A DNA stretch of 64,000 nt from Promethearchaeota archaeon. Its GTDB lineage: Archaea; Asgardarchaeota; Lokiarchaeia; Sigyniarchaeales; SOKP01. The notes beneath the pieces are model-generated. The model worked only from the letters and a program-made list of their open reading frames with translations, ran no database searches and was not told where the DNA came from. This document shows positions 50,532-61,529 of the stretch, one piece after another; position 1 is the first letter of the stretch, and the number at the start of each line of letters is the position of its first letter. The position numbers and the translations under genes were made by a program. Location of the stretch: NCBI GenBank assembly GCA_048938895.1, contig JBHLLU010000017.1, forward strand, positions 1 to 64,000. Direction: 5' to 3'.

Positions 50532-52052
50532 TTAATGATGATGATGCTCATGATGCTCCATTTTTATATTGATTGGTCTTAAATTGCCAATCGCCCAACC
50601 AGTGACCTCATTCAGAGAAGGATGAATTACCATGGATTTATAAATTGGCATAAATGAACCTGCTTCTGGGCACGCTCGTTCCAATTTTGGAATATGGAGT
50701 CCATGCGACTCTGGTAATTCACATGTGAATCCAGAATTCATAAGATACACAAATGGTTGTACTAGAATAGCAGCGTGAGGACCAACAACATGAGCACCCA
50801 GTATTTTGTATGATTTATCAACAATTAATTTAAAAAATCCATTATCGTCATCATCATTTTCAAATCCCATAGCAAATCCTTTTGCAACAGTAGAGTAATT
50901 TTTCTTTGCGACATATATCTCATGTCCTTTTTCAATAGCTTCTTGTTGGGTCATCCCAACATGTCCTATTTGAGGATAGGTAAAGATTGCCCAAGGGACA
51001 GAAGAATATTCAACAGATTTCTTTTGTTCTTCTGGTCCAAAAATATTATTAACACAAATTTCTGATTCATAATTAGCTTTATGTCGAAATTGGTAACGAC
51101 CATTTGCATCTCCAATGCACCATATATTTTTTATATTCGTTTCTAAATATTGATTGGTTTTTATCCATCCTTTTTCGTCAGTTTCAATCCCAGCCTTCTC
51201 AACTTTAAGCTTGTCAGCATTTGAACGTCGACCAGCAGCAATTAATATCTCTTCAGCAGTAACTTCAATTTCCTTACCATTTTCCATATTTTGGGCGACT
51301 ATCGCCTTTACTTTTTTTTTCATTTTTGCCTTAATTGCTTTATGGTTAACGTATACATTCATGTATTTCTTAAAATTATGTTCCAAAAATCTACTTATTT
51401 CTGGTTCCTCAGTGGTAACCAAACGTGGAAGCATTTCTAAAACAGTTACCTCTGTTCCCATAGCAGAAAAAATGTGAGCAAACTCTGCCGCTATGACACC
51501 TCCGCCAATTATTATCAAGCTTTTCCAAGGTTGTTTAGGAAATTTATCACCAAAAAAAGTTCTGTTTGTAACATAACCTACTTGCTCTAATCCTTCAATT
51601 GGTGGTATAAAAGAACGTGCTCCTGAAGCAATTACAAATCTTTCGGCTTTAAACGACCCTAAAACTTCTTTTCCGTCTTTGGATTTCACTTGCATTTCTT
51701 TATCCCCAATAAACTCACCGATACCTCGATATAATGTGAGATTTTCAACTTGTGATAATCCTTCTTCTATTTGCTTACTCTCGTCAATCTGAGACCACAT
51801 TCTTTGTGAAATTAATTCCCAGTCAATGTTATCAATATTAAAATGAATTCCAACTTTTTTTGCATGTTCTGCCTCTCGTATTAAATCCGCAGGATGAACT
51901 AAAACTTTCGAAGGGATACAGCCTCGGGTTAAACAGGTCGCCCCTAATTTTGTATCTTCAATAAGGACACACTTCATTCCTCCTTGTAATCCTACACTTA
52001 AGACATTTAAACCCGCACCACTCCCTATAACAACTAAATCATAATTTTCCAT
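50532..52052 (-). CDS. Pyridine nucleotide-disulfide oxidoreductase (dihydrolipoamide dehydrogenase / mycothione reductase-like)
   Basis: GSGAG, TCLTRGCIPSK, GGGVIAAE, HPSLNE; His-rich tail. Confidence 0.9.
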   Translation of the reverse strand: MENYDLVVIGSGAGLNVLSVGLQGGMKCVLIEDTKLGATCLTRGCIPSKVLVHPADLIREAEHAKKVGIHFNIDNIDWELISQRMWSQIDESKQIEEGLSQVENLTLYRGIGEFIGDKEMQVKSKDGKEVLGSFKAERFVIASGARSFIPPIEGLEQVGYVTNRTFFGDKFPKQPWKSLIIIGGGVIAAEFAHIFSAMGTEVTVLEMLPRLVTTEEPEISRFLEHNFKKYMNVYVNHKAIKAKMKKKVKAIVAQNMENGKEIEVTAEEILIAAGRRSNADKLKVEKAGIETDEKGWIKTNQYLETNIKNIWCIGDANGRYQFRHKANYESEICVNNIFGPEEQKKSVEYSSVPWAIFTYPQIGHVGMTQQEAIEKGHEIYVAKKNYSTVAKGFAMGFENDDDDNGFFKLIVDKSYKILGAHVVGPHAAILVQPFVYLMNSGFTCELPESHGLHIPKLERACPEAGSFMPIYKSMVIHPSLNEVTGWAIGNLRPINIKMEHHEHHHH

Positions 52053-52164
52053 AATTTCTTTCTTGTCTATATCATTTTTAAAGTTTATATTAATAATTTA
52101 AATGAAATTTATAATGTGATTGATAAATAGACCTTTTGTTCCAGAAATAAAAACAGTATTATTT

Positions 52165-53868
52165 TTAAGTAGCTTCTTGGAGTAATATCACAAAAGTACT
52201 ACCTTGTTTATAATCTCCATTAACTCTATCTTCGACCCAAATATCACCCCTGTAACTTTCAATTATTTTCTTTACCAGGGATAAGCCTAGACCCATTCCT
52301 TTACTTTTTTGATTCCTACGCTTTCCTTTCTCAAATATGACTTTCTTACGATAATCTGATATGCCTATGGCATTATCTTTGAATTCCATCTTTATATATT
52401 TAATACTCTTCAGTTCTTCTTTACTGATATCAACACTGATCTCTATTTTAGATTTATTATTATGTCTAACAGCATTTATTAGTATATTTTCAAATACATC
52501 CAATAAGAGGTTATTTCCAATTACATTGAGGTTTTTTTCTAAATTATTAATTTGAATATTAATATCTCTTGCTTGAAAACTATTTTTTATATAATCAATT
52601 GCTTTCTCTAATAATCGAAAAACTTTGACATTTTCTAGATTTACATCTGACTCATCAATTTCAGTTATTTTTCTGACATTTTCAATTAATTTTTTGCCTC
52701 GTTCAATTTGTTCCATTATAATCTCAGATAATTCTTTCAGGGTATGCAGTTTTTCAGGATTGTTTAAATAAAGAGAACTAAGTTCCGTGGAAGATTGAAT
52801 ATTCTGGAGCATATTGTTTATATCATGAGCAAAAATATCTCTATACAGATTAGCTTGGGAATAGGCTTTTCGATATTTTTCTTCTGATTCTTCTAATTTT
52901 TTTGTTCGCTCACTAACTCTGTTTTTCAATTCTTTATTTAAGTTTTCTAGTTCTTTTTCAGTTTCATTACGTCTTATCGCATTTCCTATAATTTCAGATA
53001 AAATTTTAAGTAGAGTTAGATCATCTAATCCCCACTTTTTGGCTGCTTTTACATTATCGAGCCCTATAAATCCAAATATTTCTTCCCCTATTTTAAAGGG
53101 TAAAAAAATCAAGGATTTTATATTCTCTCTTAAAAATTCTTCTTTTTCTGCAGTTGCTTCTTCTGGTAAACTATTTACGTCATCGATGTTAAGAATTTCT
53201 CCATTTTTTAGCTTTTTTATTGACCATGGGAAAACCTCCATCTGTAAATTTTGTAATTTTTCAATTTGAGGGTAAACACCATCTAAACACCATTCGTGTG
53301 TATTACTCATTGTTCTATTATCATTGTCGAATATAAACAAATAACTTCGACTTGCTTGACTTAAAAGACCTATCTCTTCAAGTGATGTTTGGATTGCTTC
53401 ATTAAGATTCGTAGGATTGACGAATCGGGAAGAAATTTTAGATATAGTTCTCTCAAATTCTACCTTCTTCTTATAATTTTCTTCAGCCTCAATCAATTCT
53501 GAGTGCCTATCGAAAATAGCAGCGACTTTTCCTGAAGGGAGTTTGTAAATATAGAATTCTGTCCATCCATCAACTCTATCATCCTGGTAAAATGATGTTG
53601 GTGTATGTTCAGATTTCCCTGTTTTCCATACTTCTCGTAGTCCATTGAGAAAACCAAATTCTTCTATGCTAGGAAATACATCAGAGAGGTTTTTACCTAT
53701 AATATCCTCTCTAGTGGTTTCACACATGCGTAATCCCGCATTATTAATCTCTCGAATAATAAAACTTTTGCCATTATCAATGGTTTCATAAATAGCTACT
53801 CCACTGCTGATATGGTTAATAAGTTCTTTAAATATTTTATCTGACTCATATAATTCAGAATTGATCAA
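52165..53868 (-). CDS. PAS-GAF sensor histidine kinase
   Basis: SNTHEWC GAF motif, AHDINN, NAVRHN, GMGLGL. Confidence 0.9.
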   Translation of the reverse strand: MINSELYESDKIFKELINHISSGVAIYETIDNGKSFIIREINNAGLRMCETTREDIIGKNLSDVFPSIEEFGFLNGLREVWKTGKSEHTPTSFYQDDRVDGWTEFYIYKLPSGKVAAIFDRHSELIEAEENYKKKVEFERTISKISSRFVNPTNLNEAIQTSLEEIGLLSQASRSYLFIFDNDNRTMSNTHEWCLDGVYPQIEKLQNLQMEVFPWSIKKLKNGEILNIDDVNSLPEEATAEKEEFLRENIKSLIFLPFKIGEEIFGFIGLDNVKAAKKWGLDDLTLLKILSEIIGNAIRRNETEKELENLNKELKNRVSERTKKLEESEEKYRKAYSQANLYRDIFAHDINNMLQNIQSSTELSSLYLNNPEKLHTLKELSEIIMEQIERGKKLIENVRKITEIDESDVNLENVKVFRLLEKAIDYIKNSFQARDINIQINNLEKNLNVIGNNLLLDVFENILINAVRHNNKSKIEISVDISKEELKSIKYIKMEFKDNAIGISDYRKKVIFEKGKRRNQKSKGMGLGLSLVKKIIESYRGDIWVEDRVNGDYKQGSTFVILLQEAT

Positions 53869-54063
53869 CCCTATTCACCTTTCATTAATTTATGAGAATA
53901 TTTAAGATGATCTTTACAAATTTAGTTCTTTGATCAAAATCAACAATGATGTGAAACCACATTAATAGTCGACTAATTATTTATAAACTTATGTACTTAA
54001 ATTTTGATTAATTTAACCAATACCAATTAACTGAGTCTTAGAAATTATGTTATCAATCAGAAA

Positions 54064-55500
54064 TTACTTCTTTAATAGAATTGTTTCATCAATTTTAACT
54101 GGTTTTTCAGTTTTAACTTTTCTTAAAAACAGCACAGCGATGATGTAGAATATACTCTGTGAAGCAAACAAAAATGTAATAATGATTGGATTAGTTTTGT
54201 TTTCACCTGTGAGGATAAAACCAATAATTATTGATGATAATCCCATTCCTAGTGAGCTAATAAACATAGAAAAGCCGTTATAGGATCCGGAAATATTCGA
54301 AATGGTTTCATCAACATTGGGTGTATTTTTTCTAATCGCTGCTTCCTCTATTAATGTTGCAGTTAATGGTATTCCAAATAGTGGAATTGAATAATTTGTG
54401 CCTAAAATTGTACCAAAAGAAACGATATATAAAGTCATTTTTAATAGATAAGGAAGATTACTAAATAAAAATAATAAATCAGAAAATGAAACCACAGCCG
54501 CAAAAATTAGTGATAGAGAATATGATGATGTTAAAGATTTTTTCTTTAGAATCATTTTCCATATAAAATACCAAATTAATTTTCCAAATATTGAAATGGC
54601 GGGGTAGATCAAGAATTCTGATTCTGTGAAATTGAGTAGGTTTGCTTGAACTGGAAATACTAAAAGGCCTAATGTACTTCCACATATTCCAACGAAAAAA
54701 CTTACGAATACTAGATTTCTATAATTGTAGTCTTTTGCTGGTAGTGCCATTCGTTTGAAGGTATCTCTCAAAGTCACTTTCTTTTTGATAAAGTTCGAAT
54801 AAGTCAAATGAAAGCTTTCATCAACAGAAAAAAATAGGATTAACACAAGCATTAAACCAAAACTTGAAAAAATAATCCCTATCAATGGAATATAAAATAG
54901 TATGATTTTGCCTGATTCTTGATCCCATCTAACCTGTTTAGGGTATGGTAAAAGACTTTGAACTAGTAAGGGCATCAATAGAGAAACAAAAGAAGCCACA
55001 ATCATAAAAATTGCTCGAAGTGATGCAACAGAATGTCTATTCTCTAGCGTTTGAGACTGTTCTGGTAACATAGCTAAATAAGTATTAAAAATTAAAGATC
55101 TACTTAGAGCTCCTATAATAGTTACCACCCAGAAATAGGTTGCTGTTGGCATGTATAATGGATTATCTACGGGACAATACCATGGAGGAAGCCAGACAAT
55201 AATACTAGATATAATCCAGAAAGGTAATCCATATAGTAGAAATGGCCGCCTTTTTCCGAGTTTTCCTGGTTTTTTATTGTCCATAATAACCCCAAAAATA
55301 ATTGAGAAAAATGCGGATATAAAGACATTAAACGAGATTCCAATTGAAGCGAGAACGGAATCTAAATTAATAGTATAGACATAAAATTGAAATAAATAAG
55401 TGCCAGTAAAAACATTTACTAGAGATATCCCAAAGTTCCCAAGTGTGTACCCTAATAAACGTTTCCCCTTTAACTCCCTTAATTGCTGCGATGAGTTCAA
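54064..55500 (-). CDS. MFS transporter (GPH/MelB-like)
   Basis: D....GKLGKRRPF motif; about 12 TM helices. Confidence 0.88.
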   Translation of the reverse strand: MNSSQQLRELKGKRLLGYTLGNFGISLVNVFTGTYLFQFYVYTINLDSVLASIGISFNVFISAFFSIIFGVIMDNKKPGKLGKRRPFLLYGLPFWIISSIIVWLPPWYCPVDNPLYMPTATYFWVVTIIGALSRSLIFNTYLAMLPEQSQTLENRHSVASLRAIFMIVASFVSLLMPLLVQSLLPYPKQVRWDQESGKIILFYIPLIGIIFSSFGLMLVLILFFSVDESFHLTYSNFIKKKVTLRDTFKRMALPAKDYNYRNLVFVSFFVGICGSTLGLLVFPVQANLLNFTESEFLIYPAISIFGKLIWYFIWKMILKKKSLTSSYSLSLIFAAVVSFSDLLFLFSNLPYLLKMTLYIVSFGTILGTNYSIPLFGIPLTATLIEEAAIRKNTPNVDETISNISGSYNGFSMFISSLGMGLSSIIIGFILTGENKTNPIIITFLFASQSIFYIIAVLFLRKVKTEKPVKIDETILLKK

Positions 55501-55620
55501 ATTTTATCCGTTTTTATTATAGTGGTTTTAAAAAATTAATAAGAATTGAAATAGTTTTTTGTAATTAAAAGATTAAAAAAAAACAAATTAAATACATTAA
55601 AATTACCAAAAGGTAGGTTT

Positions 55621-57108
55621 TTATCCAAGCATATAAGGTAGTATTCTTGCCAATGGAACAGCTAATCCGCCAAGTAATGACCCAATTGAGCTTAATTTTT
55701 TAAGATAATCCTTGATATTTTTAGTAACCTTCACGGTTCTTGTCTTTCCTTCTATAATTGTTCCATCCTCAGAAAGTAAGAAGATTTGAACTGTTTGCTC
55801 TCCCACTTCTCTAGGTTCTAAGGTTAGCCATGTGGTATCTCCATTTTCAAGCATTGATGAAAGAACTCCCGCTATATCTCTTCTCTCAGAGGAGATTAAT
55901 GGTATTGGTGAATTGGGTATAAAGAATGTTCCACGACCCTCCACTTCAATATCGAGTTTTAACTTAGAAGGCTCAAATCCTGGAGCATTGATTTTAATCG
56001 CGTATTTTTTAGCTTCAGGAGCATTGTTAAACAAAAAACAGAATATATTCAATTCTGAATTAAGATATACCACTTCTTGAGCAGTGGAGTCCATATAGAT
56101 TGGGTCCTTCGAAATCCTTTCAATATTATCTGCTAGTTCTAATTGAAGTCGGTCAATTATGTTGAAAAAACCAGGATTGAACTTTTTGATATAATTGAAT
56201 AGTTTGTAAATATCATTTGCTGAGAAATACCACGCTCCTTCCATGTATATACCCTTTTCAATATTAAAAATGTCTGAGTCGACGTCAATGACTTCTTTTA
56301 ATTCTTGAATAAACTGCTCTTCAGTTAACACTTCTTGAAATTTCAAATAATACAGAAATAGGATATTTTCTATAGCAAAAGTTATAGGTAATTCATCTTC
56401 TTCCTGCTCTTTTATTTTTTGAATAAATCCTGGAGTTAAGATTTTAGTCATTTCTAATAAATACTCATCCCATTTAAGAAAAGTTACTGGATCTAAGTGG
56501 TTTGATAGAATCTCCGCAAAAAAGTTATCCAAGAATATCTGGTGTGTTGTTGGCTTATAAAAATCTTGTAGCCCGTTTACATCGTGAATATTGAGGTTTA
56601 GACTACGGATTAATATAGATAATCCTAATCCTACCAATGCAAAACCAGCAGCAGCGAACCCAATGTCAAGTACATCAATTACAATCATAATTACAAATAA
56701 AATTATAGCAGTAAAACATATTAGTGATATGAATTTCAACAGATTTGTAACCCTTTTTACACTACTTGAAAGTAAATCAAAGCCATCCAGACTATCTATT
56801 GGTCTTCCCCTTTTTCGTTCAAATTTTAATCTCATTTTTAGAGAACTTTCGGTAGAACTTGCACCTAATAGTAACATTATGGAATTAAACGCGTAGATGA
56901 CTAATATTACCAAATAGATAATCTTTAACGTAAAATCAAGCGCCTGAATGAATGCAAGTAATGTAACTATTAAAAATATGATAGGCAATATAAAAAGTAA
57001 GAGTTTCCCCACCTTAGAAATATATTTTATCATTTTACCTTGAAATCTCTCTTTTTTGAGAATTTTCGATAAGTCTTTTTCAAAATCTTTTGCCATTTTT
57101 CTTATCAT
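55621..57108 (-). CDS. Hypothetical membrane protein (4 N-terminal TM helices, C-terminal beta-rich domain)
   Basis: 495-aa ORF; no recognised family. Confidence 0.6.
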   Translation of the reverse strand: MIRKMAKDFEKDLSKILKKERFQGKMIKYISKVGKLLLFILPIIFLIVTLLAFIQALDFTLKIIYLVILVIYAFNSIMLLLGASSTESSLKMRLKFERKRGRPIDSLDGFDLLSSSVKRVTNLLKFISLICFTAIILFVIMIVIDVLDIGFAAAGFALVGLGLSILIRSLNLNIHDVNGLQDFYKPTTHQIFLDNFFAEILSNHLDPVTFLKWDEYLLEMTKILTPGFIQKIKEQEEDELPITFAIENILFLYYLKFQEVLTEEQFIQELKEVIDVDSDIFNIEKGIYMEGAWYFSANDIYKLFNYIKKFNPGFFNIIDRLQLELADNIERISKDPIYMDSTAQEVVYLNSELNIFCFLFNNAPEAKKYAIKINAPGFEPSKLKLDIEVEGRGTFFIPNSPIPLISSERRDIAGVLSSMLENGDTTWLTLEPREVGEQTVQIFLLSEDGTIIEGKTRTVKVTKNIKDYLKKLSSIGSLLGGLAVPLARILPYMLG

Positions 57109-57420
57109 CTCATTATTTAGTATTAATATGAAAAATATAACTGAATAATAGAAATTGACATTTAAAATATTTCTGCATTAAACTATTCTCAGAAGAGATA
57201 TGTAATTAATGAAGAGAGTAGATTAAATATATATTCTAAATAGAATAATCTTAATTATTATAACTAAATTAAAAGTAAATATAAAGAAATCAATGTAATT
57301 ATTATAGGGATCATTGTATTCCAGATGAAGACTAGATTTTAAAATAAGTTCAAGGGATAAGGGGATTTAACTCAATAAATAGACAAAAATATATTCCAAC
57401 CAACTCAATATTAATTTAAC

Positions 57421-58146
57421 ATGAATTATAAGTCAATTTGGAACCAATCTGATTGGACAGAGGAAGCACGTAGCCTGCTAAAAGGACTTGATAAGTTTCC
57501 CGAAGACTCGAAAATAATCTTTATAATAAGGCATTCCCATAGAAAATCAATTGAACAAGTAAATGAGAAGACTTCAGGTATAAGACTAACTAAAATCGGT
57601 CATGAGATTGCTAAAATATTTGCATCAAATTTACCATTGGATAGAACAATTAGACTCTTTTATAGCCCGGTTCAGCGTTGTAAAGAAACTGCTATTGATA
57701 TATTTGAAGGATTTAAATATGTATCTGGCCAAACTAGTATCAATGGCCCAATTAATGAATTATATGATTTTGGGATAGAAGCCAATTTTTTTTTTGAGGA
57801 AATAAATAAATATCCAACTCAGTTCTTATATCGGTGGGCTGCTGGTTTGTATCCTTCCGAAAAAGTTACACCATTTAAGGATTACTGTCAAAATGCCCTG
57901 AGGATAATCTTAGCAAAAAATATAAAATCATCAAAAAAGAGTATTGATATTTATGTATCTCATGATCTTATAATATTGGCATATAGGTTGGGGTGGTTTG
58001 GTTTATCTCCAGAGGGAAAACGGCCCTCTTTTTTAGGAGGTTTTGCATTTGCTATAACTAAAGGCAACATTTTGTTATTAGATGTAGATAAGTTACTCAC
58101 TGTTGAAATTCCATATTGGTGGAATGTCCAAAATAATATGATATAA
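57421..58146 (+). CDS. Histidine phosphatase family protein
   Basis: IRHS, SPVQRCKETA, VSHD. Confidence 0.85.
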   Translation: MNYKSIWNQSDWTEEARSLLKGLDKFPEDSKIIFIIRHSHRKSIEQVNEKTSGIRLTKIGHEIAKIFASNLPLDRTIRLFYSPVQRCKETAIDIFEGFKYVSGQTSINGPINELYDFGIEANFFFEEINKYPTQFLYRWAAGLYPSEKVTPFKDYCQNALRIILAKNIKSSKKSIDIYVSHDLIILAYRLGWFGLSPEGKRPSFLGGFAFAITKGNILLLDVDKLLTVEIPYWWNVQNNMI

Positions 58147-58233
58147 TCATAATTTCCATACAATAAAGGAAATACAAAACTACAAATTTTCAAAATAATT
58201 CTTGTTATTAATATTATTGAGAGATTAATCATT

Positions 58234-59259
58234 TTGTTTTCTGTTAAGTTCAATTCTGAGGTCACTAAAATTGAAGAGGTTTATCGCATCAAGATAGATG
58301 TGCCATGGAATGTTAGAAATGTTTCACTTTACCTTTTTCAGATTCATGACAAAACCGTTCTATTCGATTCAGGATTAGATATGGGCAATTGGAGTAAATT
58401 ATTCTTCTTAGCTCTCAAAGAGATTAACCTTACTGTTCAAGATATAGATTATTGTTTTATATCACATAATCATTCGGATCATGTGGGATTAGCTGGAACC
58501 TTAAAACAGAAGAATCCAAACCTTCAATTATTAATGCATAATATAACCGCTAAAACTCTCAAATGGGAAAATCAAGAGGAGAATATAGTTGAGTTAGAAA
58601 GAGAATCTGAAAAAGTTGCATTTCAAATGATAAAATATGGGTTTACTGAAAAGCAAGCTGAAAGAGTAGTTGAATATTTTAACTTTTGGCCTCAACATCG
58701 AAAATACCAAGAGCCAGATATAATTTTAAATGATGGTGATATAATTTTGGAAGATTTAGAAGTAATTTGGACACCAGGGCATAGTTTTGGTCATATTTGT
58801 CTTTTTAATTCAAAAGATAAATATCTTTTTTCAGGAGATCACATACTTTCAAGAATTACTCCTCACATTGGTAATTATATTATTCCTAAAGTGCTATTTG
58901 AAGAATACAAGAGTTATGATTTTAATAACATTTTGAAACATTATTTAAATTCCTTGGATCGAATTGATAAGTTAAATCCAAAAACTATCTTTCCCGCTCA
59001 TCAAGAGATCATATATGATCCTCATAAACGCATTACAGAAATAAAAGAGCATCACAAAAATAGACTTGCGGAGATATCAAGACTTATCAAAGACAATCCT
59101 TTGTCACCCTCAAAAATTTCTGAGTTACATTTTGGAGAATTAGATGACATGAATTCATTTTTGGCACTTTCCGAAGTTCTTGGTCATCTTTTTTATCTTG
59201 AAGATAAGGAATTGGTAAGTAGTATTGAAAAAGATGGTAAAATTCTATATTTTAGTTAA
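58234..59259 (+). CDS. MBL-fold metallo-hydrolase
   Basis: SHNHSDH, TPGHSFGH, SGDH, PAH. Confidence 0.9.
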   Translation: MFSVKFNSEVTKIEEVYRIKIDVPWNVRNVSLYLFQIHDKTVLFDSGLDMGNWSKLFFLALKEINLTVQDIDYCFISHNHSDHVGLAGTLKQKNPNLQLLMHNITAKTLKWENQEENIVELERESEKVAFQMIKYGFTEKQAERVVEYFNFWPQHRKYQEPDIILNDGDIILEDLEVIWTPGHSFGHICLFNSKDKYLFSGDHILSRITPHIGNYIIPKVLFEEYKSYDFNNILKHYLNSLDRIDKLNPKTIFPAHQEIIYDPHKRITEIKEHHKNRLAEISRLIKDNPLSPSKISELHFGELDDMNSFLALSEVLGHLFYLEDKELVSSIEKDGKILYFS

Positions 59260-59283
59260 AATTAGATAGCATTTTTATCCAGT

Positions 59284-59910
59284 TTGAATTTTAATATTAT
59301 TATGCTAGCTTGGATTAATCTTATAGTTTTAATTATTTCAACTGTAATGATGGCATTTTTTTATATAAAAAGTGTTGGACCAGCAACATCGGAACGAAAA
59401 ATTGGTTTAACCGCTTATGTAAGGAGTGCCTATTATAGAATAGTTGCAAGTATCTTTGAATTAATTGTAATTGTGAATTATATTATCTATTTTTTCCAGC
59501 CTCTCCCTATTTCCTTACCCCAATTCTTCATGTGGGATTACTGGATTTCAATAATAATTAGTATTATCATACTAATCCCGAGTATGTTTATTATGTTAAT
59601 AGGGCTTAAAGATGCGGGACGAGAAGCTCTTTACCCCGATAAAGAAAATACCCTTTATAAAGGGATTTATGAAAAGATTCGGCATCCTCAAGCCTTAGGA
59701 GAAGCTTTCATATGGTGGAGTGTTGCACTAATCTTAAACTCTCCATTTCTTTTCTTGTATTCTATAGTATGGTTTCCATTATTTTATTGGTTTTGTAAAG
59801 CAGAAGAAAAGGATTTGGTAATTAGATATGGGGAACCATTTAATACTTATAAAAACCAAACTGGAATGTTTTTTCCAAAACGAAAAAGGGAAGATATAGA
59901 AAATAGTTAA
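59284..59910 (+). CDS. Isoprenylcysteine carboxyl methyltransferase / PEMT-family membrane protein
   Basis: GIYEKIRHPQ, EEKDL..RYGE..Y.NQTGMFFP. Confidence 0.82.
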   Translation: MNFNIIMLAWINLIVLIISTVMMAFFYIKSVGPATSERKIGLTAYVRSAYYRIVASIFELIVIVNYIIYFFQPLPISLPQFFMWDYWISIIISIIILIPSMFIMLIGLKDAGREALYPDKENTLYKGIYEKIRHPQALGEAFIWWSVALILNSPFLFLYSIVWFPLFYWFCKAEEKDLVIRYGEPFNTYKNQTGMFFPKRKREDIENS

Positions 59911-59957
59911 TTTAAATTATTTTAAGAGATTCTGTTAGAAATAAAAAGTGTATTAAA

Positions 59958-61529
59958 ATGACAATACAACAAAATCAAAATATTAACCAATCATTTGATG
60001 CCGTGGTTATTGGAGCAGGAAATGGTGGTTTAACTGCTGCTGCAGAACTAGCAAGAAACGGTGTCAAAGTTTTATTATTAGAACAGCATAACCTTCCTGG
60101 GGGATATGCAACTAGTTTTGTTAGAGGGAGATTTGAATTCGAAACATCACTTCATGAAATCAATGCCTGGGGTCCAGAAGATAATCCTGGAGCTGTTAGA
60201 AGGCTACTTGAAAGAAGATTAGGTATCGATTCTGAATTTATTCAGGTCCCAGAAGCTTATCGTTTAATTATAACTGATGAATCAGAAAAAATTGATATAG
60301 TAATGCCCTTTGGTATTGAAAATTTTATTGAAACTATTGAAAAAAAAGTTCCCGGAAGTCGAGAACCTTTAAAAAATTTCTTTCAGATTGCTCAGGAGTG
60401 TCACAACGCATTTAATTATATTGGGCGTATGAGAGGAAGACCTGATCAAGGAACCCTCTTTAAAGAATTTACTAATTTCCTTAAAACTGCAGCATATTCT
60501 GCTAGTGAGGTACAGGAGGCATTAAAAATACCAAAAAAAGCAATTGATATTATGAGTGCATATTGGTGCTACATAGGGTTGCCTCTTAATCGTCTAAATT
60601 TTACTATTTTCGCTATGATGCTCAATAGCTATTTAAAACGTGGGGGTTATATTCCCAAACTTCGATCGAATGGTTACACATCCGCTTTAGACAGGAAGAT
60701 TAGAGAATTAGGGGGAATCATTGAATATAATACCCGTGTTGAAAAGATTTTGGTAGATGATGGGAAAGTAATTGGTATAGAAACCTCTAAAGGAGATCAG
60801 ATTAAGACAGACCATGTCATAGCAAATATTTCACCCACTCTTCTGTACAATAAATTAATACATCCTAAAACTGAAGTACCTGAAATTGCATATAAAGATA
60901 TTAATGCCAGAATTCAAGGACTCAGTACTTTCACAGTTTATATGGGACTAGATGCCCCACCAGAAGAAATAGGCCTTAAAGAGTACAGTTATTTCATAAT
61001 GGAAAGTATGAATACAGAAGATATATATGAATCATGGGGAAAATTACAAACACCAAAAGGACAAGCAACAGTCTGTATAAATAATGCATTACCTGATTGT
61101 TCACCTCCAGGAACTAGTATTGTGTTTATCACAACATTGTTTAGACCTGAAGTGTGGTATAATGTAAAACCGGAGGAATATGTAGGAATTAAGAATCAAA
61201 TTGCTGATGGCTTAATTGCTGATTTAGAAAAAGCAACAGGGGCAAACATCAGAGAGCATATTGAAGAAATAGAAATTGCCACGCCCATAACGTGTGCTAG
61301 ATACACTCGAAGCTATAATGGAATCGTTTACGGCTATGAATTGGAGTCATGGGATTCAGTTTTAACTAGATTTATGTCAATGTTTAATGATATTTATATT
61401 GAAGGATTAGAATTCTGTGGAGGTTTTTGGAGGAGGGGTCATGGTTATAGTTCTACTCTAGTTTCAGGGAATCTAGCCGCAGCAATGACGCTTGCTAAAT
61501 TAAAAAAAGGAAGGGATGAGAATGAGTAA
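59958..61529 (+). CDS. Phytoene desaturase-family FAD oxidoreductase
   Basis: GAGNGGL, EQHNLPGG, ATPITCARYT...G.VYG. Confidence 0.85.
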   Translation: MTIQQNQNINQSFDAVVIGAGNGGLTAAAELARNGVKVLLLEQHNLPGGYATSFVRGRFEFETSLHEINAWGPEDNPGAVRRLLERRLGIDSEFIQVPEAYRLIITDESEKIDIVMPFGIENFIETIEKKVPGSREPLKNFFQIAQECHNAFNYIGRMRGRPDQGTLFKEFTNFLKTAAYSASEVQEALKIPKKAIDIMSAYWCYIGLPLNRLNFTIFAMMLNSYLKRGGYIPKLRSNGYTSALDRKIRELGGIIEYNTRVEKILVDDGKVIGIETSKGDQIKTDHVIANISPTLLYNKLIHPKTEVPEIAYKDINARIQGLSTFTVYMGLDAPPEEIGLKEYSYFIMESMNTEDIYESWGKLQTPKGQATVCINNALPDCSPPGTSIVFITTLFRPEVWYNVKPEEYVGIKNQIADGLIADLEKATGANIREHIEEIEIATPITCARYTRSYNGIVYGYELESWDSVLTRFMSMFNDIYIEGLEFCGGFWRRGHGYSSTLVSGNLAAAMTLAKLKKGRDENE

